NCBI RefSeq assembly: GCF_964188315.1
Contig: NC_135660.1
Coordinates: forward strand, 48,484,001-48,548,000
Reading direction: 5' to 3'
Origin: Podarcis muralis
Taxonomy: Eukaryota
DNA length: 64,000 nt
Made by a program: the position numbers and the translations under genes. The notes under the pieces were generated by a model. That model was not told the origin of the DNA. It was given only the letters and a program-made list of their open reading frames with translations, and made no database searches. This document shows, piece after piece, positions 25,046-37,510 of this stretch (position 1 is the first letter of the stretch; each line of letters opens with the position of its first letter).

Positions 25046-27159
25046 AACTAGATTATATATTTCTTTGAATGTTGCAACCCACTGTCATTTCTACATCCGA
25101 TAATTTAGGGGGCCCTATCTTCCCCCATGACAAACTCATTACAATACTATGCACTTACTTAGCCAGACTTCTCATATTTCCAGCTCTGTTTGACCTCTAG
25201 TTCCCCATCTTTGGCACTCACACATCAATGATGCTTTGAATGACAGCATTTATTAATAATTTCTCATTTGTGCTATGCTTCTTGCCATAATTTTAAAACT
25301 ACAGGAACCACAATTAGCATATCAGGGCCTGCTCCCAAACAAAATTCACTTGACCTGCATCCCTTCCCTTTGAGCAATAACCAGCATTCCATAACACTGT
25401 GCTCTGGTAATAATCTGTGTGAAAGAATTACTACCTCTGTTCTGTGACGAAAATCAATGCAATGTGCTTGGTAATAGTTTGCCTTAATCAAACTTACATG
25501 AAGCTCAATTCTGCATAATATTATTCATTGTATTATCCAGTGGACTAAACTTAACAAAAACTCAAAACAAGTTAAACCAATTGAGATTAAGAGCGCTCTT
25601 ATGTAGCTTTTTATAATATTCCACTGGTACTCTCTTTAATGTACTATTAGCTTCAGTTTTGGGTACACTCTCTTTATTTTCTTGGAAACAATGAATGCTT
25701 ATTGCATAGCTACTTTGTGGCATTACATTTTCTCTCTCTACTGGGGAAGAAACAGTCACCCAGTTTAGAATTGTTCTTTGAATCTAACTTTCTGAAGTAA
25801 AGAAATCTTGTTTTTCAAAACTTTTAATTCCCTCCCTCCAAAGACTGGATGGGCCAGAGTGACATGGATAAAAAGCTCCCATGTGGCTGAGATCTATGTT
25901 TAAAAGATGGGATGGGGTGGCCAGTATCAGCCCAATAAACTATAGTACCATGATGAACGTTACCCCATTTGTATTCCTTTCTTATCAGTCTCAGTGGCAG
26001 CAGCCCCATCATGATCCAGGTGATGGAATCAATTCAAAAGACATTCCCTGTACTCAGAAATCTAGCATGCTAGGAAGAAAGTTAGGCTACACTTCTCCTC
26101 CCTAGCATCTAGTTTTCTAAGTGAAGGGAAATTCATGAATGGAAGAACTTTCTATCCCATGATCTATGTCCCTACAGACATGGGTTTGCTACATGTGTGA
26201 GAATAAGTCCAAAGTTTTAAAGGTACATGTTACATGCTTACTTCTTATCACTCCATTGCAGTTGCCAGTTTTTAGTAGCCACAGCATCTTTTTCTGCTCA
26301 AGCTATTGGGTAAAAATCTTTATCTCCATGCAATGTAAAGTTTCACCTATGGATTTTTGCAGATAAAGCTGCTGTTAAAGGACAGTCCAGAACATTCCTT
26401 CTGGTCATTGGGTAGCCTTATCTCCTGCATCTAGATATATCCCCCCCCCAAGTGTCCCTTTTAATCAATCAATTAATTATGGCTATTTTTGAAGGGACCC
26501 ACATTTGGAGAACATCAAAAGGGCTGTTCATAAGAATGCCCTCAGGAGTTCAAATGAATGCATGAAGGGAAATAGCCTCTCATTCATACCAGCTCTCAGC
26601 ATGTAGTCACCAGGGAATGACAAGTGGGCATGTATGCAATGGCACTGGAATCTAGTACTGAGCAGGACAGCAAGGTGGAGGGTACAACATTGCCTCAGAC
26701 CATGTTTCTGACTCTGAGCATGATGCTGGTTATCAGGGGACCACTGACCCAACAGCTGCCTGGCAGAAACCAAAGAACCAGATCCCACAGCCCCATGCCC
26801 TGCAGAATTGGAAGCAGCACCCTTACTGGCACCATCCATCATCTGGACCCATGGAACTAAATGCCTCCTACGCCACCTCACCAGTCCAGCCAGGAGACCA
26901 TGGTAAACCAGAGAAGTGTCCTCAGGCCAAAGGGCTGATTCTTTAAGACATTCTAGTCCTCTAAAATAAAGCAGACTGAAAACACCTCATATAATGTCCA
27001 AGCTTTGCTTATTAGGAGCTGTCCTTGGTGCTGCAGCAATCAATTTGTCCTATCCATGGGGTCCTCTGTAGGACCAAAATAGGACAGTGTTGATTACAAG
27101 GGTGAGACTACCAGGTACCATACTGTTTCCATCTCACAACTTCAAATGGGTTGTTATGT

Positions 27160-27328
27160 TTGCTTTGTTGTTATATATACAGAATTGCTTCTTAATCGTT
27201 TGTATACTTTTTATTGTTTTATGGCTGTAACTGTTTTATTTGTTTCTTAATTGTCTAATTTTACTGTTGTAACCCACCCTGGGGTATTAAGGCAAAGGGC
27301 GGGTAAGTAATCTAACAAATAAATAAAT
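27160..27328 (+). mobile_element. L2-type LINE 3' tail
   Basis: T-rich UTR, then tgtaacccaccctggg...aagggcgg...aataaataaat. Confidence 0.5.
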
Positions 27329-27747
27329 TCCTTAAGGGGGTTGTCTGACCAGCCCTGTAGTGTAGTGAAATTGGATAGCACCAAAATATAAGGCTCTAAA
27401 CTCACCAAGATGCTTTACAACTCACACAGTGAAGAACCCAGCATGAGAATTAAATTAGAGCCTCAACCTGAAGGGAAAACTCAATCATTTTCAATTTGCA
27501 GCTGTTAGTATTATCTTCTCTATAAATCCCCAAGCCTTCAAATAATAACCAAAGAACAGACTCACTCAGTATACACAATTTGCATGCAGAACTCTAGTTG
27601 ATCAGTCTCTCCCCAGAAATATTCCCTTGCTCTTTGTTGCAGTCAGTTCTACTCACACTCCAGTAAAATCAATATGTCCTTTGGATTCACCTTATTTCAT
27701 TATGTTCTAGGGCTGCTCAAAACTGTAAAACAATTTGTGTGTGTGTG

Positions 27748-28393
27748 TGTAAGGAACTGACGTGTGTGTATCATCACCAGAACCTTTATTGTCTTGTTTG
27801 AACATTGTTTTCAGTCTTTTGAGACTAAAGTTTGGGCTAGAGCTGAGTTATATATTCAGAGAAAGGATTTGGTAGGAAAGACTTTAAATCAGTATGAGGG
27901 GTGAGAGTGGCAGGAGCTGTGTCACCATCCCCAGATGTTAGCAGGGGAGAGGGAACAGACCAGAAGTTAGGTGACAGAGGAAGAACACTGAAGACATGGA
28001 TGTGCTTGAACCACAGGACACACACCAAGACAATGAGGCAGAAGCAAGATATGCAGAGGAAGGAAGCAAGCAAAAGCAGAATGAATAACATGGCATGATT
28101 CAGGGCGAAAGATAAGAGAAAGTGGCTGAGTCAGAAAAGTGTGAAAGCAAGAGGAGAGGAGAGAGAAAGTGTGTATGAGAGAGAAAGTGTGGCTGGAATG
28201 TCAGAAGGACTGTGGTGTGATAGTGAAGGGGAGACTGATGTGGCAATAACTGTGGAGCATGCAGAGAGGCAAATAACAGTGGAGGAAGGAACTATAGGAA
28301 GCATCAGGAATACCAAGGGTGAGTTATAGCAGGAGGGAAACTCCAAGGGTCCAAATAATAGGATGACACAAGGGATGACGAAAGAGGGTGTCA
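27748..28393 (-). mobile_element. Probable solo LTR (646 bp)
   Basis: TG...CA ends with tgtg on both flanks; minus-strand ATATATAA (27848-55) and AATAAA (27785-90) about 40 nt before the terminal CA; strong purine skew on the + strand. Confidence 0.5.
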
Positions 28394-28504
28394 TGTGATG
28401 AGACTCCTGAGGATACAGCAGGATACAGTACTGCAGCTGATTGCCAGATCATCCCATGCAGCAATGACCAGGGCTACATGTTGGACAAGTTAGTGTGCAG
28501 TGAA

Positions 28505-28620
28505 TGGTTCAGGGTTTCAGGCAGGAGGTGATCCCCAGCTCTACCTGGAGATGTGAGGGATTGAACCTGGGACCTTCTGCATGCTAAGCAGATGCTCAGT
28601 GATGGAGCTATGGTCCTTCC
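28505..28620 (-). mobile_element. tRNA-derived SINE head, decayed
   Basis: gggattgaacctgggacc is a reverse B-box region; A-box remnant gagctatggtcc. Confidence 0.55.
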
Positions 28621-29492
28621 ACTCCCTAAAGTTAAAAGAAAAGGGAAGCCAATAGGAACTGCACAAATGATCCCCCTACATTTAATTCACTCACTCAGTC
28701 TACATGGACAGAAAGTTCTTAGTGACCTACTTGAAAAATACAAAAGCCTTTCCCCCCGCCCCTGAGAAATGCTCAATTTGAAACAGGAACTTAACTAGTG
28801 TGATAGTATTGATCTTCCATAGTCTAGCATCTAGTAAAAGGGGCAGTTTTGCTCTGTTTCTTAAGGAACTATCTCCCTCTTACTGTTGTACCACATTACT
28901 CACACAATGGACCCATCAGTGAAAGAATCACATTTTTTAAAAAGCAAAATATATTGTGGCTTGGGCAAAAATGCCACAGATATAAGTATTTCTTTGAATA
29001 GGCTTCCTATACAACAATTGAGCAAAAGTGCACATTTGTTGCCTGATAAACATGTTGCCCGTAAAGATCATATGTTGAATCAACTGAGAACTGATAATCT
29101 AAATATGCTCAGAAACAAAATATCATACTTTTCCCCTGGTTCATACTAACAGCACAAAAGAGAGAGGTGAAAAATCAAGAAAATTTTCATAAGCCAAACT
29201 ATTTCCAGGCAGAATGCATCACAGGCTGCAAAATGCCTTCAAAATGAGCTTTAAGTAATGAGCCAATAAAATACAGATTGAAATTCATATGCTCCCTGAG
29301 GATGTATAAATGACAGTTTTGCTCAAGAATGCCCAAATGTCTTGTGTTGGTTACAAACAAGAACACAGGGTAATAGTATGCTGAAAAAATAAGTGTCAAA
29401 TCAACAATATTCCTTTTTCTTGCAGTTAACACAGACCAAACTAGTTTTAAAAGTCTGTTCCCACACCTCTTCCATCTTTTACGACACAGAAG

Positions 29493-29493
<1 letters not shown>

Positions 29494-29541
<48 letters not shown>

Positions 29542-29542
29542 C
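29494..29542. repeat. (CAA)n microsatellite
   Basis: Direct read, about 16 units. Confidence 0.98.
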
Positions 29543-29896
29543 CAAATGCATTAAGTTTACGCAGGCTGGCTGTATGCACACAGAAACTGCCAGTTCACAA
29601 AGCAGGGAAGAGTATTGAGCCCTATAGATTCTGAACTGTGAGTAAAGGAATAGTCTTCAGTGAGGTATCCCTCTTCCCAGTTCATACCAGCTTTTGCCTT
29701 TGTTGTCACTGTATTTTGTCTAAAATGAAGCATAAACCAATATATAGGTTTTCCCTTGGGAAAGCAGTCTTGGTAATACTTAACATTGACACTACTTGAC
29801 CATAGTAACTTCAAATGTCAGCTTTGGTCTAACATTGACTACTGCTATTTTATTTCTCCTTTAAGGAAATTTTAATATACTTTTAATGTATTTTTG

Positions 29897-30244
29897 GACT
29901 CTTGAGAGTCCCATGGACTGCAAGAAGATCAAACCTCTCCATCATAAGGAAACCAGCCCTGAGTGCTCACTGGAAGGACAGATCGTGAAGCTGAGGCTCC
30001 AAAACTTTGGCCACCTCATGAGAAGAGAAGACTCCATGGAAAAGACCCTGATGTTGGGAAAGATGCAGGGCACAAGGAGAAGGGGACGACAGAGGACAAG
30101 ATGGTTGGATGGTGTTCTCGAAGCTACCAGCATGAGTTTGACCAAACTGCGGGAGGCAGTGGAGGACAGAAGTGCCTGGCGTGCTCTGGTCCATGGGGTC
30201 ACGAAGAGTTGGACACGACTAAATGACTAAACAACAACAACAAC
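29897..30244 (+). mobile_element. 5'-truncated BovB
   Basis: Matches the 3' end of the full-length copy; (CAA)n tail; 12-bp TSD aatgtatttttg (29885-96, 30245-56). Confidence 0.95.
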
Positions 30245-30292
30245 AATGTATTTTTGACTACCTTGAGTCGTTTAAATGAAAGGCAGCACAGA

Positions 30293-30474
30293 AATAGTGG
30301 CGCCCACCCTGTGGAATGCCCTCCCACCAGATGTCAAAGAAATAAACAAGTATCTGACTTTTAGAAGACATCTGAAGGCAGCCCTGTTTAGGGAAGCTTT
30401 TAATATTTGATGAATTATTGTAGTTTAATATTTTGCTGGAAGCCACACAGAGTGGCTGGGGAAAGCCAGCCAGA
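30293..30474 (+). mobile_element. L2-type LINE 3' end, cut by the gap
   Basis: gtggcgcccaccctgtggaatgccctccc...gacatctgaaggcagccctgtttaggga...ccagagtggctgggg-type tail also seen at 57677 and 60081. Confidence 0.7.
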
Positions 30475-30780
30475 NNNNNNNNNNNNNNNNNNNNNNNNNN
30501 NNNNNNNNNNNNNNNNNNNNNNNNNNNNNNNNNNNNNNNNNNNNNNNNNNNNNNNNNNNNNNNNNNNNNNNNNNNNNNNNNNNNNNNNNNNNNNNNNNNN
30601 NNNNNNNNNNNNNNNNNNNNNNNNNNNNNNNNNNNNNNNNNNNNNNNNNNNNNNNNNNNNNNNNNNNNNNNNNNNNNNNNNNNNNNNNNNNNNNNNNNNN
30701 NNNNNNNNNNNNNNNNNNNNNNNNNNNNNNNNNNNNNNNNNNNNNNNNNNNNNNNNNNNNNNNNNNNNNNNNNNNNNNNN
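30475..30780. other. Assembly gap
   Basis: Run of 306 N. Confidence 1.
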
Positions 30781-31183
30781 AACAAAACTTGTTCGGGAAT
30801 GTTCCACATCCCTATTCTGCACAAGTCTCTGTGGTTGTGTGAACAAATTCTGGTTGTAAAAGCACAAAATATGATGAAAGAACATTAATATATGGAAGAA
30901 CAGTAGTTGAATGGACAAAGTCACACAGTGGAGTAAATGGTTTGCTGTGAACCTGGAGAAAACTCTTTCATTCCTTTCCTAGCATGAGTGAGAGCAACAC
31001 ACCACAGTCCCTGACTTACCATTAAGTCCCAATGTCAGGTTTGTTTCATTCAGACAAATTGTGATTGGTTAGCCAAGGGAAAACAGTGGCTTTACATGGT
31101 TTGGAGTGGAAAAAAACATCAGCCCCAGGCTGGACATAGAGATAGGCTAGGGATTGGAGTTATTGTTCCAACTCACACTAGAG

Positions 31184-31319
31184 CGGTGTTTCCCAACCTT
31201 GGGCCTCCAGCTGTTTTTTAACTACAATTCCCATCATCCCTGACCACTGGTCTTGCTAGCTAGGGATGATGGGAGTTGTAGTCCAAAAACAGCTGGAGGC
31301 CCAAGGTTGGGAAACACTG
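31184..31319. mobile_element. Palindromic hAT MITE (136 bp)
   Basis: Near-perfect fold-back; perfect 8-bp TSD cactagag. Confidence 0.92.
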
Positions 31320-31963
31320 CACTAGAGGATGAACCAAGTAAGAACCATCTGCACATTCAGAAACCATTAACTATGGTTTACCATGATGTGCAAATGCAAC
31401 CCATGCCTGAATATGCAAACATACCAAAAGGGGGTGATGGTGAGATCTGTTCTGTACTATGCACAGATATGCATAATGAGAGATACATCTGAATTTGCTG
31501 TGTGTGTGTGTGTGTGTGTTTAAAGGAAAGGAATTGCTTCCATTTTATGTGAGGATATATTCAAGACTTCTATTCACAACTCATTTAGCATCAAATATTT
31601 CAGAGTTGCAATTTCGTTTACCCTCCAGTTATAAAGAAATTAAATTGCGCATCTAGCTGGCTGGCTGGCTATCTTTTAACACGCTTTAAAAAAAGAGAAA
31701 AAGTTACATTCTGTTTAAAGTGAGCCGAAGTATTAGCCAGACAGGATTTTAATAATAAGGTCAGCAGACAGGTTAATACAGTAAAACCAACCTTAATGAT
31801 ACTCTCATCTTTCTGATTTAAAATACACATGTCATAGAGCAGCAGGGGTCAAGAGCCAGCCTGAGGCATCTAGACCACACAAATGCACAATACCAATAAA
31901 TGAGGATACGTGCAGTCACTGAGAAGAAAATAATAGCACCTGCCTGGTTGGTGAGTAACAATA

Positions 31964-31997
<34 letters not shown>
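31964..31997. repeat. (TAG)n microsatellite
   Basis: Direct read. Confidence 0.98.
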
Positions 31998-34900
31998 TTA
32001 AATAGCCTTGTACAATAAAAACATATAGGAGTGAGTTACTGCTTGTCTGAAGAGCCTTTCCCGAATTATATCTTTTCATCTTTAGTTATGTGAGCAAAAT
32101 TCAATGTTTTGTAGACATTTCTACTGTGGGTGTGGAGTGGGAATTCCACTCCTCTATCCCCATGTTTTCAGGTCAAAGGTGATATTTTTTCTGATTCAAG
32201 CACTGTTTCTTCACAGTGAGTGGCTGTTGCCACCCTCCCATTGCAATCCGAAATGATACTTGTTATTTAAAATATTAAAAGATTTTTATTTATTGCATAG
32301 TTTAACTGTAGCATAATGGCTTGTCCACACCAGAGTCTACTGCGTGTTTGTAGCTATCAAGTGATCTTTCCAACCCTACAATTCTATGATTATTACAATG
32401 GAGGTTATGAAGGCTGGGTGCTTAATTATGTAAACATTGATTACAACAAACTGAGCGGCATCTCATACACTGGAAACCCAGTGTATTTATAATTAATGTC
32501 TGTTCCAGGTTTGCTTCCCTGACATCATATATTCTCTGAAACAATAAAAATATAATGAATTATTGTTCTAATAAATACGATCTCCTGAAGACTACTAAAA
32601 ACCTGTTGACATTGCCTTTTTTGGAACCAACACTCATTATTGGAATGATAAAGCACTTAATGGCAAGGCTTCCATAGAATATGAACATTGTAGAATGAAA
32701 CAGAGTGCAAGCCAAAAGCTGGAAACAAACAAAGGATGAGGCCCACCATGCTCGAAGACTGAGCTTGAAATAGTACCTAGAACATCAGGGCCGCCCATCC
32801 CCACATGAGGCAAGGTGAGCTGACTGCCTTGGGCAGCAGGATCCACAGGCGCATCAGATCCAGATTCCGAGGAATGCATCACCTGCTGCTGCTGCTGCTG
32901 CTGTGGTAGCAGTGACAGTTGTGTCACACTCCTTGGAGACCGGATCTGCCATCTCTACAGCAGCATCTTGGTGAATAGGAGGCGCTGCTGGTCTCTTCCC
33001 ACTTCTAGGGGGAAATGGCAGGGACTTCCTTCCGGGGTCTCCTGGACTATGCACCTCCTTGGCATGTTTTCAGAGTAGGCCCCTCCCCTCCTGCAATGGC
33101 CTTTGATTCCTACTTTAACCGTCATATAAGGTTGATTTGATTTGCCTCCTTGCTCCTGATGTAGACCTTTATCCCCCCCTCCATTCCTAATGTACATCTT
33201 GACTCATCCCTTCTTCCCTGGAAGGCACCATTTTGTGGTTTGGCTCAAGTGCCGAAACATGTTGGGCCAGCCCTAAGGAACATTGTACAGATACAGAGAT
33301 GGTTGCTCCCATATGGGGTACATGAGGGCAGCCATATTTTTTCTCTGTTGAATTCCTCCAGGATGGGACTGCACGTTAGCACATACAGGGGTGCATTTTA
33401 GAACAGTTTTTTTTTGTTTGTTTCTGTGCAGACATTAAAGAGCTGCTTAAGCTGCAGTCGAATGTTTTTTAAATTGGGAAAAGCAGCCTTCAGACTACGG
33501 TACCTCATAAGTATAGCAGGGACCCATCCATGTTGAGTGTTGGCTTAAACAATAGATCTGATCACACATGGATCTGAGGGAAGTGAAATGGGTAGGTTTG
33601 CTCCAAAATATGAAGTGAACCAGATTCCTCGCCATCCCTAACTATGACTATTATTTATTATTTATTTGGACAACTGTGTATTGTCCAAAATTGATCTAAT
33701 GATGGTTCCCTGTGAGTGGTTTTAGGAAGAGATTAGGGATATAATGTTCTATTTCATTGGAATAGTTCTCCAGTCCTCAGATTATAGTTTGTAGCAGCAG
33801 GCAGGTTACAATACTACATGAGGATTTTCACATATTCACCTGCAGGATGGGTTTGGAGGGCCACATGGTGGAGTAAATTTGAAAAGGGAGTGGCAAGTTC
33901 AAAAGGTTAGTCTTAAGAGTGTCACTAGGAAAAATAATTCACAGGGGGTGAAACTCACACCCCCAATAAATCACAATAGATTTCAAAACTTCCATGTACA
34001 TTCCCAATGTGTTCACAGCACTTTCTTGGACCAATAAGGAGGCTGGCAATATGTATGTGTAGCAGACAGCCTGGAGTTGAAATATCTTACTAAATTAGTT
34101 CCCTGAAATCTATATTTACCCAGAGTCTTTTCCACTGTATCAGACACTTCAAAATCTACAAAAGTAATAGGAGGCAAGTCTTAGATCTCTTTATTATATC
34201 CCAATAAGCTTAAGAAAATCAAAACCTTTATTTTAAAAATAATGTTGCATTTAATGGAAACATCAGCTCTCTGCCTTATCATTTCAACAGTGTCAGTAAT
34301 GGATGCTGGTGAATGCTGAAGGATTTGAAACGCTCAAATTTCTGACACTTCTGATATTTTGAAACTTGTGTTATTTCTCTAAAGGTCAGCAAAAGGTTGC
34401 AAGATGTTGGAATCTTTAAAGTCTTTAAAAAACAAACCACTTTCTCTAATCAGCTCTGCTGGTTATATTATCTCATTTTGTCAATATACTTATCTCTGGA
34501 TGCACTATTTAAGATGGAAATTCAGTGGTACACTCTAAGAAAATGAAATCTTGGAGATGGTCCTTAAAGGCAGTGGGTTGGAGGGAAGAAAGGGTATTCA
34601 CCAGTGTGCTGGAGATGTCTTGACTGCATCTTAAGCTTCTTTTGCTATCTCTGTGGTGAGTACAGGATTGTACCTGGAGTGTCCACAAAAATTTAAATTG
34701 CTATGCTATTCTGACACACACAAACCACTCAAACACTGTAAGTTACTTCTAACTGTTGCTCAAAGGAAATGGAGAAACCAAAGGCCACACTTAAATTATT
34801 GTAAGAGTTGTTAAGAGCGGTATGGATGGAAGACACATTCTTACTTCCTATAATTCTTTGTTCTGATAAGCCGATGTGTTATACCACCCTTTTCTTAAAT

Positions 34901-37129
34901 AATTGTGTCCAGATTCTCCATATCTGCTCAACGAGACATGTTCTCCATACAGAGTACTTGCAAAAGGAAAAATAAGGCTGCTTACCTTGTATTTGTAGAA
35001 CATGCTATTAATCAAAAGGTACTTTGGTCCCCTAGAGAAATGCAAATGTCTAGTCTTAAATTGCCTCTTTACTGTAGGTAGCAATTCTGTACCCACTTAC
35101 ATAGGACAAAGTCCCATTGCACACAGGGGAGCTTACCTCTGAGTAGACATGTATAGAATTGTACATGTTTGTGACAAACTTGCACTTTCACAGTGTTTTT
35201 AATTATTTATCCTGACCACAATAATCCATTATTTCATACTTCTGAGAACACAAGCATCCTTCTATTAACCAGATAGAATCTCTTAATGAGCTTAATATAA
35301 CTTTATCAGAACCAACTCAAAACATTTAAAATATATAAATTAGAGATACCACTGAAGTCTTGTAGTTCAACTCCAAACCTGAGTTCTGTCTCTGGTCACT
35401 TCCAGACTGTATTTTTTTTTAAAGGAGGGATTCAAGTGCATTCTAGAAATTTAGGTTTATGCAATTAAAGTGGATTGAAATGTTCTGTTGCCATAGTATG
35501 AGAAACTCAATTTTTTTTCTAGTTGGGAAAGTGATGGGGAAAGTGCACTGAAAAGTGTAGAATAAATGAATGGTTAATAGGAAGAGGCATAAGCACTGCC
35601 CAAGCAAATCAGCACACTTGCTCATGTCGTATTATCACTCTGCAAAAAGTCGGAACAAATGCATAATAAATACCAGACATAGTCTGACCTCTGTATAAGC
35701 TTTGTGCAAACAGATCAGGATGAATGCTCAAGAAAGAGGCTATCCGATGTTTGTAACAGTTCTTTTTTATTATATATTGCAAAATGAAATAAAATCATTT
35801 TTTAAAGGAAAAGGAAACAGGCCATCTGGAGAAGACCGCACTCACATTTTACAACGATAAGAAGCTGGGAAGGGCAGCTGTTTATCTTACAAGCTCAACA
35901 GCTTCAAATGTAGGAAGTATTGTACCCAGTAGGTAGCTATGGTATTATATAAACTTAATTACTAATTTTTTATGAACAAATTATATAGGCACATAAAATT
36001 GACAAGCGGCTAATTTCTGAAGCCCATCTTGAAGAAAACAGTTGCGTAACGTTTTATCAACAAGGAGCCTAACTACACCAGCCTAGTGTTTAAAGATCTT
36101 TTCAGTACACATGGGAATGTCAATTAACGCTTTTAAAATTTGGATTGGATGTACAAGGGTAAATCACCTGCAGGCAATTTTACATGACTAACAGCTGCAG
36201 AGAGCACCATAGTTCTTCATGGCACGGAAAGCCTCATATCTTCATAAGGCTTAACAGTCCTCTGGAGTATTAATTAAGGCATTGTCCCAAAGCAGGCAAA
36301 CAGTGCAGAACATCTTTTGGAAAAAGAATTCATCGCTTTTGCAAAATTGGCTAGATGGTCACAACTCATCTACCAAAATGTAAAAGACCGAAAGCGTCTG
36401 TGCCTTGGAAAGTCAAACTTTGCGCAGGAAAAATCAAAGATGTACACTCACTGCACTTGTTCTCTGACACATTTTAACTAAAAGTACTCTGAAGGTTGAA
36501 AAGGATGACACATGGCTTCTAAAATGATGTCTGGCAAAAGTGTTCTGGGAAGTAACTTGGCTGTGTCATTCACATCTAACAGCAATTCCCATTAATCTAC
36601 AGGCACTGGGTCACATATCTATTTGCTATATAATCCCCTATAATTTCCCACAGAACACAATTCTTGAACCGAGGTGGCAAAGAATGGTCCCAATTGTAAA
36701 TGATATTGTCAAGTTGCCACTTTCAGGATGAAACAGGTAATATAGAGTTGTTAATCTAGAGTATTATTGTGAAAACATGTTTTCTGAAACCAGGATAATC
36801 CTGGCTTGTTCTGACTCATTCAGTTTTCACAAATATTAGCTACATGGCATCTCAGGACTGCTTGAGTGAGCAAACATCCTGGGAATTATTGTGTATAGAG
36901 TATTCATAGATTTATTTCACGCTGCATTCCCCACCCCACCCCCACCCCGAGGTATGAGGAGACGGCATGCTTCAAAGTTACAACAATGAGGGAAATCCAC
37001 CTTCATATCTTGACTGTCTCACAATGTACTTTTAGGCTGTATACCACATTGCAATATTTTATATGAAAGTGTACTGGTAAATTTAAAATGTAAAAATGTT
37101 TAAATAAAACCAATAAATAAAAAATTAAA

Positions 37130-37510
37130 GACCCTGGATGTAGAACATAGACATTGTGTAAAGTAGTCATTGATAGCCTTGATCTTCATGAAATTGTCTA
37201 ATCCTTCCCTAGCAGGTTTTGAATAAACATACACAAACTTATTGAGCGATTACATAGAAGATAGATAATATAAGGATGTATAGAGTTTTATAATATGCAG
37301 AGGTTAACATTGGAAGAGGAATCAGAGAGAGGAGCTGAGGGAAGTCATAGGGGGGAGGGTTTGTTGGGGAGGGGGAAAAAGGAAGATTATTTGTTTGGAT
37401 AATTTGTTATGTTGAAATTGTTAATATTTCCCCCCCAAAAAATAAATAAATTGTCTAATCCTGTTTTAAAGCCACTCAGGTTGTTGGCCATCGCTACATC
37501 TTGTTTAACT
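37130..37510 (-). mobile_element. Decayed CR1 3' fragment split by a later LINE insertion
   Basis: gtagaacatag...gatagccttgatcttcatgaaattgtctaatcct / aaattgtctaatcctgttttaaagccactcaggttgttggccatc. Confidence 0.6.
37206..37447 (+). mobile_element. 5'-truncated L1-like LINE 3' end
   Basis: 15-bp TSD aaattgtctaatcct (37191-205, 37448-62); G-rich 3' UTR followed by an A-rich tail. The insertion is well supported; the family assignment is tentative. Confidence 0.55.

Noticed and set aside
27406-27467. Minus-strand segment with strong acceptor and donor
   Set aside because: Stops in all three frames; at most a non-coding or cryptic exon
29494-29542. (CAA)n as an orphan BovB tail
   Set aside because: Lacks the preceding cgactaaa and has no TSD; treated as a plain microsatellite
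30258-30924. ORFs spanning the second N gap
   Set aside because: Same artefact; the flank is an L2 3' end
32637-33054. PolyQ / polyA protein ORFs
   Set aside because: Alternative readings of one short CTG repeat, with no splice or homology support
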